Positions 48,537 to 59,781 of a DNA stretch of 64,000 nucleotides are shown one piece after another. The notes below the pieces were generated by a model, which was not told where the DNA came from, did no database searches, and saw nothing but the letters and a program-made list of their open reading frames with translations. Each line of letters begins with the position of its first letter. The stretch's first letter is position 1. The DNA lies in assembly GCA_035390125.1 (NCBI GenBank), contig DAOOTD010000002.1, positions 169,908-233,907 of the forward strand. The letters run 5' to 3'. The stretch comes from Candidatus Moraniibacteriota bacterium. Its GTDB lineage: Bacteria; Patescibacteriota; Minisyncoccia; Moranbacterales; GWC2-37-73. A program made the position numbers and the translations under genes.

Positions 48537-49325
48537 ATGGCTAAAATAATTTCACTCATAAATCAAAAGGGCGGAGTAGGAAAAACCACGACAGCGATCA
48601 ATATCGCAACTTACCTAGCAAGTGCTGGAAAACTGGTACTTTTGGTCGATCTTGACCCTCAAGGAAATGCTTCATCAGGCCTAGGTATTGATGTACGCAA
48701 TCTTAATAAAGGTTTATATAATTCTCTGGTTGGCGGAGAACATCCAAGGAATATAATTATAAAAGCAGAAGGTTCTGGACACGATATCTTGCCATCCTCT
48801 CAGGATCTAGCAGGTGCAGGTATTGAATTAGTAAATTTTGATAATAGGGAATTCAAGCTCTATGATGTTCTTAGACAGATTCGCACTGATTATGATTATA
48901 TTATTATTGATAGTCCGCCAAGCCTAGGATTGCTTACAATTAACGGACTTGTTGCAAGTGATGAAATTTTAATTCCAGTTCAAACGGAATACTATGCCTT
49001 GGAAGGTTTAAGTCAGTTATTGCAGACAATTGAATTGGTACAAAAACATTTGCAACCAAATCTAAAGATAATGGGTGCTGTGCTTACCATGTATGACAAG
49101 CGCAATCGTTTAGCTAAGCAAGTTGTTAGAGAAATGCGCAATCATTTTCCAGGGCATGTTTTCGATAGTGTAATCCCAAGGAGCGTCAGGTTAGCTGAAG
49201 CTCCAAGTTATGGAAAATCAATTTTGAATTTCGACAGTCTTTCAAAGGGGGCGAGATCTTATAAAAATTTAGTCAAAGAAATTTTAGAAAAAGAAGAAAA
49301 AAATAGCAAAAAATTTACAATATAA
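48537..49325 (+). CDS. parA: chromosome partitioning ATPase ParA/Soj
   Basis: Deviant Walker A KGGVGKTTT. Confidence 0.9.
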   Translation: MAKIISLINQKGGVGKTTTAINIATYLASAGKLVLLVDLDPQGNASSGLGIDVRNLNKGLYNSLVGGEHPRNIIIKAEGSGHDILPSSQDLAGAGIELVNFDNREFKLYDVLRQIRTDYDYIIIDSPPSLGLLTINGLVASDEILIPVQTEYYALEGLSQLLQTIELVQKHLQPNLKIMGAVLTMYDKRNRLAKQVVREMRNHFPGHVFDSVIPRSVRLAEAPSYGKSILNFDSLSKGARSYKNLVKEILEKEEKNSKKFTI

Positions 49326-49348
49326 ATATAAAATTTAGAAAATATATT

Positions 49349-50251
49349 ATGGTACAACAATTTGGTTTGGGGAGAGGGCTTTCTTCGCTTATTCCTAACA
49401 AACAATCTAGGCCCAAAAATATGGAAGAATTTTCTGGAACTATTTCTAGTCCAGCGGTTGATTCAATTCGGGGAGATAAATATATAGTTGAAGTAGATAT
49501 AAATCAAGTAATTGCTAATCCTTACCAGCCGAGAATGCAATTTGATGACGATAAGTTAGAAAATTTAGCACAATCTATAAAGATACATGGCATAATACAG
49601 CCCCTAATTGCTACTAAAAAAGAAAATTACTATGAAATTATTGCTGGGGAGCGAAGATTCCAGGCTGCTCATAAAATTGGGCTTAAAAAGATTCCAGTTA
49701 TTTTGCGTGAAGCCGATGAACTTCAAAAACTTGAATTGGCAATTGTAGAAAATGTGCAACGCCATGATTTGAATCCAATTGAAGAAGGAATTGCTTACCA
49801 AAAATTAAGTGATGAATTTCAGATGGGGCAGGAAGAAATTGCCACGAAAATAGGTAAAAGCCGTAGCTTAGTAGCTAACAAGATTAGGCTTTTAAGTCTC
49901 CCAATTGAAATTCAGAAAGGTTTAGTGGAAGGAAAAATAAATGAAGGTCATGCCAAAGCAATTTTGTCAATTGAAAATTCTGAAAAACAGCGGGCTTTAT
50001 ATGAACTAATTCTCAAAAATAATTTAACAGTTAGGCAAATTGAAGATAAAAGCCGGGAAGTTTCAGTTAGATCACATAAGCGGGTTGTTTCAATCGATCC
50101 GCAGATTAAACAATTGGAAAATAGGCTGGTAGAAATATTGGGCACGAAAGTTAAAATTTCTAAGGCCGGCGACGGCGGAAAAATCGTCATTGAATATTAT
50201 TCCAAGGAAGATCTAGAAATACTTCTAGAAAAACTTTCACAAAGAAAATAA
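49349..50251 (+). CDS. parB: chromosome partitioning protein ParB/Spo0J
   Basis: GERRFQAAHKIGL ParB box and HTH. Confidence 0.9.
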   Translation: MVQQFGLGRGLSSLIPNKQSRPKNMEEFSGTISSPAVDSIRGDKYIVEVDINQVIANPYQPRMQFDDDKLENLAQSIKIHGIIQPLIATKKENYYEIIAGERRFQAAHKIGLKKIPVILREADELQKLELAIVENVQRHDLNPIEEGIAYQKLSDEFQMGQEEIATKIGKSRSLVANKIRLLSLPIEIQKGLVEGKINEGHAKAILSIENSEKQRALYELILKNNLTVRQIEDKSREVSVRSHKRVVSIDPQIKQLENRLVEILGTKVKISKAGDGGKIVIEYYSKEDLEILLEKLSQRK

Positions 50252-50319
50252 AAAATTATTATTTAACACGTTAAGTAACAAAATCAAAAACAATCCTACG
50301 CAGGGTTGTTTTTTGTAAT

Positions 50320-51813
50320 CTATTTTATAATATTTTCTTTCCGTAGTTCTCTCCTGATGTGCGATTTAGCGACGGTAGTTTTTACAAATTTCAGCCAGTC
50401 CTGATTGGGATTTTTGCGATCCTTAGAAGTCAAAATTTCTAAAACGTCTCCATTTTTGATTTTATAATCCAGCGGAACCATATTGCCATTAACTTTAGCA
50501 CCTGTAGCATGATTACCTATTTCTCCATGAATAGCATAAGCAAAGTCAATAGGTGTTCCTTCTTCAGGCAGGTCTATTATGTCACCTTTAGGCGTAAAGG
50601 CAAAAATATGGTTTTTAAAAAAATCAATTTTTAGACTTTGCATAAATTCTTCATCATCGCGTCCTATTTCATTTTGCCATTCACGGAGTTGTTTGACCCA
50701 TTCAACTTCCTTTTCTGGAATTACCTCTTTCTTTTTAAACGTTATATAATCTTTCCAGTTCTTTTTCTTTTTTTGCTCGCTGTAAATCCAATGAGCAGCT
50801 ATTCCGAATTCTGCTTCATTATGCATTTTTAGTGTCCTAATCTGTACTTCAATTATTTTTCCATCTGGTCCGAAAACTGTAGTGTGAATAGATTGGTAAC
50901 CGTTAGGCTTTGGCAGGGAGATGTAATCCTTGATTCGTCCAATCATTGGGCGGTATTTTTTGTGTACTATACCTAAAACTTCATAACAGTCGGCAATTTC
51001 AGAAACTATAATTCGTACAGCAACTAAGTCATGAATGCGACTGATATCCATGTCATATTTTTTAAGCTTTAGAAAAAGACTGTAGAGGCTTTTAGCTCGC
51101 CCATCTATTTTTATTATATTTATCCCTTCCTTCTTTATCTCTTCGCTGAGTTCACTAATGGCCTGGTAGACATATTTTTCTTGCTGTTTATAATTTTTTT
51201 CTTCTAAATTCTTTACTAATGTAAAATTTTCATTATCAAGGTATTCAAAAGCAAGATCCTGAAGTCTGCTTTTAATATCTCCCATCCCAAGCCGGTTGGC
51301 TATTGGTGCGAAAACTTCCATGGTTTCGCGGGCAATACGTATTTGTTTTTCCGAAGGATTATATTTAAGTGTCTGCATATTATGCAAACGGTCAGCCAAT
51401 TTGATTATTATTACCCGGATATCAGTAGCCATTGCAATAAACATCTTGCGTAAATTTTCCAGAAAATATTCCTCATGAGATCCACGCAGCTTTATTTTTC
51501 CTAATTTTGTGATTCCATCAATCATTCCAGAAATTTCTCTGCCAAAAATTTTTTCAATTTCATCCAATGTCACTGGTGTATCTTCCGGAACATCATGAAG
51601 TAATCCAGCAGCAATGGTCTTTGAACCCATACCTATTTCTGCCAGTATTTTTGCTACTGCAATGGGGTGCTGTATATATTCTTCACCACTGCGCCTCTTT
51701 TGTCCCAAATGCGCCTTGCTGGCAAAGTTAAAAGCCTTAGTTATTAATTTAACTTTTTCTTCTGTAGGATCCCTAAGAATGCTTAAAATATCTTTTAAAA
51801 TTAACGGTTTCAT
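50320..51813 (-). CDS. rel: bifunctional (p)ppGpp synthetase/hydrolase (Rel/SpoT family; short, without TGS/ACT domains)
   Basis: HD hydrolase domain (HPIAVAKIL...LLHDVPEDT) and synthetase domain (YQSIHTTV...EVQIRT). Confidence 0.85.
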   Translation of the reverse strand: MKPLILKDILSILRDPTEEKVKLITKAFNFASKAHLGQKRRSGEEYIQHPIAVAKILAEIGMGSKTIAAGLLHDVPEDTPVTLDEIEKIFGREISGMIDGITKLGKIKLRGSHEEYFLENLRKMFIAMATDIRVIIIKLADRLHNMQTLKYNPSEKQIRIARETMEVFAPIANRLGMGDIKSRLQDLAFEYLDNENFTLVKNLEEKNYKQQEKYVYQAISELSEEIKKEGINIIKIDGRAKSLYSLFLKLKKYDMDISRIHDLVAVRIIVSEIADCYEVLGIVHKKYRPMIGRIKDYISLPKPNGYQSIHTTVFGPDGKIIEVQIRTLKMHNEAEFGIAAHWIYSEQKKKKNWKDYITFKKKEVIPEKEVEWVKQLREWQNEIGRDDEEFMQSLKIDFFKNHIFAFTPKGDIIDLPEEGTPIDFAYAIHGEIGNHATGAKVNGNMVPLDYKIKNGDVLEILTSKDRKNPNQDWLKFVKTTVAKSHIRRELRKENIIK

Positions 51814-51907
51814 TTTTTATATGAATTTAATTGATATATATAGTATAAATAAGCAATAAACAAGTGGCAAGTTTTAAAATTAAAATCCGCTGGTTGCGGA
51901 TTTTAAT

Positions 51908-54142
51908 TTACTTTTCAAATTTGCATCCCTTGCCAGAACACTTAATTTTTCCCTTAGCAGCAAAGGCAAGTGGTTGTCCGCAATTAGGACAAAAATCACC
52001 TGTAGGTTTATTCCACATGGCAAAATCACACTCCGGATATTTATTGCATCCATAAAATATTTTTCCATTTCTAGATTTACGGGCTACTATATCTCCAGTT
52101 TTGCACTTAGGACATTTCAATCCTGTTTTTTGTTCTATTTTCATTATATTTTTGCATTCAGGATATTTTGAGCATCCTAAAAAAGATCCAAATCTCCCTC
52201 GTTTTACTACCATTAAAGCTCCGCATTTATCGCAAATAATCCCGGAGTTTTTCTCATCTTCTTTTTTTTCTTCTTCTGTTTTCCCTGTATATTTACAGGT
52301 TGGAAAATTAGAACAGGCAATAAATTTTCCAAAGCGTCCAAATTTTATAATCAAATCTCCTCCACATTCGGGGCATTTCTGATCAATTTTTTCTTCCTTT
52401 TTTTCAACCGTTTCTATTTTAATTTCTAAGTGGCTATGGAAAGGTTCATAAAATTCACGGATTATTGGAACCCACTGCCTCTGCCCTTCGGCAATTTCGT
52501 CAAAATCCTTTTCAATGGTAGCAGTAAAATCTATGCTGACTATTTCTGGAAAATGTTCAACTAAAATGTCGTTAACTAGTAAACCAATTTCCACAGGATA
52601 TAATCTTTTTTCCTCGTTCTTTTCTACGTACTTACGTTCAATTATGGTAGAAATTGTCGGAGCATATGTAGAAGGCCTACCTATTCCATTTTCCTCTAAG
52701 ACTTTTACTAGCGTTGCTTCATTATATCTTGGAGGAGCAGAAGTAAATTTTTGTTGGGTTTCAATTTTTTTAATATCCAAAATATCCCCCTCTTTGAGTT
52801 TAGGTAAAAACGATTCTGCTTTCGCAGCTTTTCCATTATAGACTTTCATAAATCCATCAAAAACTATAATTGAACCAGTTGCCTTAAACAAATAATTATT
52901 TTTTATTCCCTTTGCTTCAATATCAACTTTAACTGAATTTAATTTGGCACTTTGCATCTGACAAGCAATGGTACGATTCCAAATTAAACGATATAATTTG
53001 TATTGGCTTGATTCCAGATCCGACTCAAGTTTATCAGGAGACGTTTCTAGGTTTGTCGGACGTATGGCTTCATGTGCTTCTTGTGCTGACTTAGATTTAT
53101 TTTTATAATAACGCGGGCTTGAAAGTGAATATTTCTTTCCAAATTTTTTTTCAATTACTTTACGTGCACTCACGAGTGACTCCAATGACAAATTCAAACT
53201 ATCAGTTCGCATGTAGGTAATATATCCCTGTTCGTAAAGTTTTTGCGCGGTGGCCATAGTTTGTTTAGCGGAAAAACCAAAATTATTGATAGCTGCCTGT
53301 TGTAAAGTCGAGGTCGTGAATGGTGCAGCTGGATTGCGCAAGGTTTCTTTTTCTTCAACAGAGAAAACAGCGAATTTTGCCTGATTTATTTCTGTAGCAA
53401 TTTCTTCAGCTGATTTTTTATCAGTGATTATGCTCTTTTTTGTCTTATAATCTCCGGCGAAAAGCTTCAGGGTTACATTTTCTTCTATTTTATTGCCATT
53501 CTTTTCCGTAAGGTTGGCATCAAACTCTTGTTTTTCGTTATGTTTCTGCAACTTTGCATTAATAGTCCAAAATTCTTCTGCTTTAAATTTTTCTATTTCC
53601 CTTTCACGTTCCACGATTAATCTTAAGGCCACTGATTGCACGCGTCCAGCGCTTAAACCCCTGCGTATTTTTTTCCAAAGAAACGGAGAAAGTTCATAAC
53701 CGACCAAGCGGTCAAGCACGCGGCGCGCCTGCTGTGCATCAACGAGGTTTAAATCTATTTTTCTGGGATTTTGCAGAGCTTTTTCTATAGCGCTCTTAGT
53801 AATTTCATGAAAGACAATTCTGGAATATGGTTTTTTATTTTTATTTTCTAAATCTAAAGCCTCAACCAGATGCCAGGAAATTGCTTCTCCTTCTCGGTCT
53901 TCGTCAGATGCTAAAATTATTTCTTTAGCTTTGACAGAGGCCTTTTTAAGTTCAGTTACTTTTATGCGCGACTTAGTCGGAATAATATAATGAGGAGCAA
54001 AATTATTTTCAATATCAATTCCCATTTCGCTTTTTGGCAAATCGCGAACATGGCCAAAAGATGATTTTACGGTGAATCCTTTACCTAGAAATTTTGAAAT
54101 CGTTTTGGCTTTAGTAGGTGACTCTACTATTACAAGTTTCAT
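51908..54142 (-). CDS. topA: DNA topoisomerase I with C-terminal C4 zinc ribbons
   Basis: TOPRIM VIVESPTKA, catalytic Tyr region GYITYMRTDS, and multiple CxxC...CxxC ribbons. Confidence 0.95.
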   Translation of the reverse strand: MKLVIVESPTKAKTISKFLGKGFTVKSSFGHVRDLPKSEMGIDIENNFAPHYIIPTKSRIKVTELKKASVKAKEIILASDEDREGEAISWHLVEALDLENKNKKPYSRIVFHEITKSAIEKALQNPRKIDLNLVDAQQARRVLDRLVGYELSPFLWKKIRRGLSAGRVQSVALRLIVEREREIEKFKAEEFWTINAKLQKHNEKQEFDANLTEKNGNKIEENVTLKLFAGDYKTKKSIITDKKSAEEIATEINQAKFAVFSVEEKETLRNPAAPFTTSTLQQAAINNFGFSAKQTMATAQKLYEQGYITYMRTDSLNLSLESLVSARKVIEKKFGKKYSLSSPRYYKNKSKSAQEAHEAIRPTNLETSPDKLESDLESSQYKLYRLIWNRTIACQMQSAKLNSVKVDIEAKGIKNNYLFKATGSIIVFDGFMKVYNGKAAKAESFLPKLKEGDILDIKKIETQQKFTSAPPRYNEATLVKVLEENGIGRPSTYAPTISTIIERKYVEKNEEKRLYPVEIGLLVNDILVEHFPEIVSIDFTATIEKDFDEIAEGQRQWVPIIREFYEPFHSHLEIKIETVEKKEEKIDQKCPECGGDLIIKFGRFGKFIACSNFPTCKYTGKTEEEKKEDEKNSGIICDKCGALMVVKRGRFGSFLGCSKYPECKNIMKIEQKTGLKCPKCKTGDIVARKSRNGKIFYGCNKYPECDFAMWNKPTGDFCPNCGQPLAFAAKGKIKCSGKGCKFEK

Positions 54143-54155
54143 TTATTTTTTTAAA

Positions 54156-55238
54156 TTATAATTTTATATACTGCTGTCCTCCTATATTTTTCACTAACCC
54201 TTTTATTTCTAAAAGAGAAAGTGTAGAAGAAACTGTCGCTGTTTCAAGTTTAGTCAGTTTAGTTATTCTGTCAATATATATTTTTTCATGCGACAGTACG
54301 GAAAGTATATTTTTTTCTTCTTCTGTCAGTTCTAAATTTATTTTTTCTGTAGCCGGTTTAATATCTTGTTCTATTCTTAATTCACTTAAGATATCAGTAG
54401 CGCAGGATACTAATTTAGCTCCCGATGATTTTATCAGCATATGTGTGCCTGCTGACTGCGGAGAGAAAACTGATCCCGGTACAGCAAAAACTTCGCGATT
54501 ATAATCTAGTGCCAGATTAGCAGTAATAAGGCTGCCGCTTTCTAAAGCAGCTTCAATCACAAGTGTACCCAAACTCATTCCGGCCATAATCCTGTTGCGT
54601 GCCGGAAATGTCCAATTGGCTGCCTGGGTTTTCATAGCGAACTCACTAATAAGTAGCCCATCATTTTCTATTATATCTTGTGCTAGTTGGAAATTAGAAC
54701 GCGGATAAATACTTTCTGCATCTAAGCTGTTACCTAACACTGCAATAGTTTTTCCTTTAGCATCAAGCGCGCCCTGGTGAGCAGCAGAGTCAATGCCAAA
54801 AGCTAGCCCGCTGACTACGCAAATTCCATTATTAGCTAAATCTCTGGCAAATACTCTTGTAACTCGACTTCCATATTCTGTCAATTTACGCGAACCGACA
54901 ACAGCCACCATTGGAAGTTTAAGGCAATTTAAATTACCTTTCATGTATATAAGGTAAGGGCTGTCAGGTATTTGCTTGAGAAGTTCCGGATATTCTTCGT
55001 CTTGAATAGTGAAAACCTTTACGTTTTCTTTTTTAAGCTTATCCCACTCCTCATTTGGATTTATATTTGGGCGCTGGGTAACAATTTTTTCGGCTACTAA
55101 TTCGCCGATGCCGGATTTAACCAAGGAAGAAAAATCGGCTTCCCAGACTATTTCCGAGGAATTGAAAAAATTCATGAGCTGTTTCAGTTTCTTGCATCCG
55201 AGCCCGTCAATTTTATTTAAAGCGTTTAAGTACTTCAT
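54156..55238 (-). CDS. dprA: DNA processing protein DprA/Smf
   Basis: Rossmann-like VVSGLAFGIDSAAHQGAL motif. Confidence 0.85.
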   Translation of the reverse strand: MKYLNALNKIDGLGCKKLKQLMNFFNSSEIVWEADFSSLVKSGIGELVAEKIVTQRPNINPNEEWDKLKKENVKVFTIQDEEYPELLKQIPDSPYLIYMKGNLNCLKLPMVAVVGSRKLTEYGSRVTRVFARDLANNGICVVSGLAFGIDSAAHQGALDAKGKTIAVLGNSLDAESIYPRSNFQLAQDIIENDGLLISEFAMKTQAANWTFPARNRIMAGMSLGTLVIEAALESGSLITANLALDYNREVFAVPGSVFSPQSAGTHMLIKSSGAKLVSCATDILSELRIEQDIKPATEKINLELTEEEKNILSVLSHEKIYIDRITKLTKLETATVSSTLSLLEIKGLVKNIGGQQYIKL

Positions 55239-55753
55239 TATTTAAAAATTTTCGACAAAAACTTTTTTATTTCTTTTAAAACTTTCTCAATTTTTTCTTT
55301 TTCTTTATCGGAAAATTTTTGCAGAACAAAATCCTCAGCAGGCAAATTTGTGTTTGTTCCAATGCCAATTCTAATCCTTTTAAATTTCTGTGTGCCGAGG
55401 TTGTCAATGATATTTTGCACGCCATTATGTCCAGCTGAAGAGGAATCTTCTGCGAGGCGGTATTCTCCAAGCGCAATATCTTTGTCGTCATGGATAACCA
55501 AAATATCATCAGCAGACAATTTATAAAAATCCAAAATTTTGCGTAATGCTTCACCAGAAAGATTCATGAATGTTTGCGGTTTCACTAAAATAACTTTTTC
55601 TTTTGCAGAAATTTCAGCGTTGAATTTTTTATTAAATTCAAATTCAGGGAAAGCCAGTTCTTCTTTAAAATTATCCAGAAATTCAAAACCTATGTTATGA
55701 CGTGTTCCTAAATATTTTTTGCCGTGATTTCCTAGGCCTATGATAATTTTCAT
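55238..55753 (-). CDS. pth: peptidyl-tRNA hydrolase
   Basis: IIGLGNHGKKYLGTRHNIGFEFLD N-terminus. Confidence 0.9.
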   Translation of the reverse strand: MKIIIGLGNHGKKYLGTRHNIGFEFLDNFKEELAFPEFEFNKKFNAEISAKEKVILVKPQTFMNLSGEALRKILDFYKLSADDILVIHDDKDIALGEYRLAEDSSSAGHNGVQNIIDNLGTQKFKRIRIGIGTNTNLPAEDFVLQKFSDKEKEKIEKVLKEIKKFLSKIFK

Positions 55754-55759
55754 AATTAT

Positions 55760-57361
55760 TTATTTGGTATTATTTATATAAAAAATTTCTTGTTTATCTT
55801 CAGCATTTTCCAAATCCTGCATCGTATCTTCCTCGTATTTATAAATATTAGCCAAGTCACTACCTAATGTAATTATAATATCATATGCGGGAGTTGTCGT
55901 ATCTATAGGTTCATTGGATAAAGTTGCAGGCAGTTTTTTAATAAGTTCATCTAGTGTAAATATTTTTATACCATTTGAATTATCTGTTATTTTTGTTTGT
56001 GAAACTACTATATCTTGTGATTTTTGTATATAGTAAACATTTTTTATATTTAATTTTTCAGTCAATAAATTTTTAATTTTTGTATTTAATTGACTTTCTC
56101 CACTGTTATTTATGATACCTATTTTAGCTTTTTCTTCAACTATTGCATCCTGACGTTTTTTAAGTTCATCTAAATTAAAAATATTTTTTTCTAAATCATG
56201 GATCTCGCTATAATTTCCGATGCGAGGTATGAGTATAAAAGCTGAAGCGTTTCCTAATGTTACATGGGATACTTTCAATAAGCTATCTTTTTTCCAAGCA
56301 TCTGCAACTATATTATTGATGTTTTGCATATCAACTTCCTGGCTAAGCTTTATAAATCCATCAATATCTTCAAAAGTAATATCTGTTTTAATACTTTCTT
56401 CAAGTGTGTTAAGGATATTATTAAGCGTTATAACATTAAGAAGTGTTTTTACAGAAAATAATTTATTTTTCACCGCTTGGATAACTTGCTGTTGTCTTTT
56501 AGCTCTGCCAAAATCACCTTCAGGATCGCCATGTCTTTGGCGAACATACTTCAGAGCAGTTTCTCCGTCTAAAACATGAAAACCCTTGGATAATGAGAAT
56601 GTTTCATAGCTATAATTTTGTCCAGGATATTGGGTGTCGTAAATGTCTCGCTGGGAAATTATGTTTATTCCGCCAATCTGATCGATAATTTTCTTGAATC
56701 CTTCAAAATTAATTACTAAATAATAATTTAATTCAATTCCTGTAATTTCTTCGACAGATTTTTTTATGATATTGACTCCCTCATTCATCTTTATCCCAAT
56801 TGGATAAAGACTGTTTATTTTCGCGTGGGATTGCGTGTCCGGGATCTTAACATAAAGGTCGCGCGGCAAAGAAAACATGGCTACTTTTTTATTTTTCGTA
56901 TCAACACTCATAATAATAACCGTATCAGTAAGATTTCCCCCGGGCTTATGCTCTCCTGCCGTTCCCAATAGTAATATATTTATACGTCCATTTTCTTCTC
57001 CTTTTAATTGATTATGACTACTTGGAATAATTGGAGAAATAATTGCACGTGCATATTGCGACAAAGTTTTTTTCTCTGCAGAAAAATATTCCGAATTGAT
57101 TTTTTTACTTATAGTATATGTTTTCCAAGAGAAGTATAATCCGTATGATACTGAAAATATTAAAACTAAAACTGCCAATAAAGCAATGCTTTTTTTAAAT
57201 ATAATTATTGTACGAAATTCTTTTTCCTTTTTATCCATAACTTCAGATTCATCGCAGGAAATAAAAACTTCTTCCTTGCCCTGATTATTGCGAGTATTAT
57301 TTTTTAAGCATTTTAGTGAATTTTGAGAATCTTTAAAAAGATTTCTTTTAATGCTATCCAT
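55760..57361 (-). CDS. LytR-CpsA-Psr (LCP) family protein
   Basis: TM anchor followed by the LCP core (INILLLGTAG...NLTDTVIIMSVD...LPRDLYV). Confidence 0.75.
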   Translation of the reverse strand: MDSIKRNLFKDSQNSLKCLKNNTRNNQGKEEVFISCDESEVMDKKEKEFRTIIIFKKSIALLAVLVLIFSVSYGLYFSWKTYTISKKINSEYFSAEKKTLSQYARAIISPIIPSSHNQLKGEENGRINILLLGTAGEHKPGGNLTDTVIIMSVDTKNKKVAMFSLPRDLYVKIPDTQSHAKINSLYPIGIKMNEGVNIIKKSVEEITGIELNYYLVINFEGFKKIIDQIGGINIISQRDIYDTQYPGQNYSYETFSLSKGFHVLDGETALKYVRQRHGDPEGDFGRAKRQQQVIQAVKNKLFSVKTLLNVITLNNILNTLEESIKTDITFEDIDGFIKLSQEVDMQNINNIVADAWKKDSLLKVSHVTLGNASAFILIPRIGNYSEIHDLEKNIFNLDELKKRQDAIVEEKAKIGIINNSGESQLNTKIKNLLTEKLNIKNVYYIQKSQDIVVSQTKITDNSNGIKIFTLDELIKKLPATLSNEPIDTTTPAYDIIITLGSDLANIYKYEEDTMQDLENAEDKQEIFYINNTK

Positions 57362-57561
57362 AGAGAAAGGGCAACAAAAGGTATTAATATGTGTTAATGA
57401 TAGCCCAATAAAAGGCTAAATGTCAAAAAATACTTATTTTAAGCTATAAAACAACCCTTGCATTAAGCAAAAATACGTGCTATTATTGCTTTGTTTTATC
57501 CTCTAAAAACGCTATTTATTTGGTGTTTATTAGCTAGTATGAAATAATCTTTTAATAATTT

Positions 57562-58188
57562 ATGAATTATCAGAACAATATAAAAATCGAAAACAATGAA
57601 GAAATATACGGTGTTGGCAATTTTCTTTGGGAAGTTATAAAAGTATTTTTTTGGGCACTGGTAATCATTGTTCCTATTAGGGTATTCCTTTTTCAGCCAT
57701 TTTTTGTGCAAGGCGCAAGTATGCAACCAAATTTTGAAAATGGAGATTATCTTATTATAAATGAACTAGGCTATAAAGAAACTGATATAAAGGTTGCAGG
57801 TGTTAGCGTTCTTTCGGCAGGATCTTTCAAGGAATTAAAACGATATGATATTGCTGTATTTCGTTATCCTTTAAATCAAAAACAATTTTTTATTAAGCGT
57901 GTGATAGGACTTCCCGGAGAGAAGGTGAAAGTTGAAAATGGCAAAATCAGAATATATAACGATAAAAATCCAGAGGGGTTTATTCTTGATGAAAGCGAAT
58001 ATCTTTCTCAGACTGTTTTTACTGTAGGTGATTCAGAGGTTAAATTAGAGCAAGATCAATATTTTGTATTGGGAGATAATAGAAAAGCCAGCTATGATTC
58101 ACGTGCATGGGGCGCTGTTCATAAAAGCGATGTAATCGGCAAGGTTTTTATTAGGGCATGGCCAATTTCAAAAGCTGAAATATTATAG
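57562..58188 (+). CDS. lepB: signal peptidase I
   Basis: GASMQP Ser box, VLGDNR and SYDSR boxes. Confidence 0.85.
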   Translation: MNYQNNIKIENNEEIYGVGNFLWEVIKVFFWALVIIVPIRVFLFQPFFVQGASMQPNFENGDYLIINELGYKETDIKVAGVSVLSAGSFKELKRYDIAVFRYPLNQKQFFIKRVIGLPGEKVKVENGKIRIYNDKNPEGFILDESEYLSQTVFTVGDSEVKLEQDQYFVLGDNRKASYDSRAWGAVHKSDVIGKVFIRAWPISKAEIL

Positions 58189-58220
58189 CATTAATATTTA
58201 TCTTTAATTTTTAGAAAAAT

Positions 58221-59633
58221 ATGTTGAAAAGAAAGAAAACCAAAAGGACTATTAAAAAAAAGAAAAGTAAAAATGCATCATTAAAAAAATCAGTTAGTTC
58301 ATCTAAGAAACAGAAAAGTCAAAAAATAGAGGAAGAAATTTTAATGCAGCCACCAAGAGGCATGCGTGATTTGTTGCCTGGCGATCAATCATATTGGAAT
58401 CAGCTTAGGCGTGTGCTTTCCAGGATAGCACTCGAATACGGATTCGGGAGAATAGACACTCCTATTGTTGAATATGCTAATCTTTTCATACGTTCAATTG
58501 GCAAGGGAACCGATATTATAGATAAAGAAATGTATATCTTTAACACTAAAGGAGGAGACCGTGTTGCCCTAAGACCCGAAATGACAGCTAGCATAGGACG
58601 TGCTTATATACAGCACGGTATGAATGTTCTTTCAAAACCAGTAAAATTATTTTCAACTGGACCAGTATACCGTTATGACCGTCCACAAGAAGGTCGCTAT
58701 AGGGAGCATTTTCAAGCTAATTTCGATGCATTTGGCGAGCAAGATCCGATTCTTGATGCTCAGATTATTCAATTAGCACACCGCATTATTACAACGCTTG
58801 GTATTAAAAATGTTCAATTTCAAGTTAATTCTATAGGTTGTCCAAAGTGTAGAAAGGAATATCAAGAACTTTTAGTAGCTTATTTTGAATCCAAGAAGCA
58901 GAAATTATGTCAAAATTGTAAAAAAAGATTAGAAACAAATCCATTGCGCATTCTAGATTGCAAGGAAGATAAATGCATTCAGGTTGCATCGACTGCTCCC
59001 CAATCAGTTGATCGTTTATGTAGTGAATGCCGGGTACATTTTAAGAGTCTTTTGGAATATTTAGATGAATTGGATTTGCCATATGTTATTAATCCGCGTC
59101 TCGTAAGAGGCCTTAGCTATTATACAAAAACTGTATTTGAAATTTGGTCTGGAGATGAAGAACAGAGAAAATATTCTTTAGGTGGAGGAGGAAGATATGA
59201 TTATTTAATAGAGGAATTTGGAGGTGAGCACACTCCTGCTGTTGGGTTCGGAATTGGAATGGATAGGATCATATTTGAAATGAAAAGAGTACATGCAAAA
59301 ATGTACATAGAACCAAAACCACGCGTATTTCTGGCACAGCTTGGTGAGTTAGCGAAGAAAAAAAGCCTTAAAGTATTCGCTGAATTGCAAAAAAATAGTA
59401 TTCTTACAGCCGAAAGTTTTGGTAGGGGAAGTCTAAAATCACAACTCAGATTAGCTGATCGTTTGGGTGTTGAAATCACTCTTATTGTTGGGCAAAAAGA
59501 AGCACTTGACGAGACAATAATAGTTAAAGACATGGTGAGTGGTACGCAAGAAACCGTGACTAAAGAAAAATTAATAACAGCTGTTAAGAAAATTTTGAAA
59601 AACAATGTAATTGTTTCGCATGAAGGAGAATAA
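58221..59633 (+). CDS. hisS: histidine--tRNA ligase (Lys-rich N-terminal extension, or alternative start at MQPPRG near 58344 with a GAGGAAG RBS)
   Basis: RGMRDLLP motif, class II motifs, and a C-terminal anticodon-binding domain. Confidence 0.9.
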   Translation: MLKRKKTKRTIKKKKSKNASLKKSVSSSKKQKSQKIEEEILMQPPRGMRDLLPGDQSYWNQLRRVLSRIALEYGFGRIDTPIVEYANLFIRSIGKGTDIIDKEMYIFNTKGGDRVALRPEMTASIGRAYIQHGMNVLSKPVKLFSTGPVYRYDRPQEGRYREHFQANFDAFGEQDPILDAQIIQLAHRIITTLGIKNVQFQVNSIGCPKCRKEYQELLVAYFESKKQKLCQNCKKRLETNPLRILDCKEDKCIQVASTAPQSVDRLCSECRVHFKSLLEYLDELDLPYVINPRLVRGLSYYTKTVFEIWSGDEEQRKYSLGGGGRYDYLIEEFGGEHTPAVGFGIGMDRIIFEMKRVHAKMYIEPKPRVFLAQLGELAKKKSLKVFAELQKNSILTAESFGRGSLKSQLRLADRLGVEITLIVGQKEALDETIIVKDMVSGTQETVTKEKLITAVKKILKNNVIVSHEGE

Positions 59634-59781
59634 TTAAATCTTTTAAGAAATCAGAAAAATTATAATTTAATGCAAAAGTATTGATAGTTGTTCAATGTTT
59701 TTTATAGGGGTTGAACTTATTTATACTACATGATAAATTATATATAAGTATATTTGGTTAAAATATAGAGAGGAGGAATTT

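Noticed and set aside
58221-58343. Lys-rich leader of hisS as a separate small gene
   Set aside because: It is in frame with hisS and has no stop before MQPPRG. It is either a real N-terminal extension or untranslated if the internal start is used, not a separate gene.
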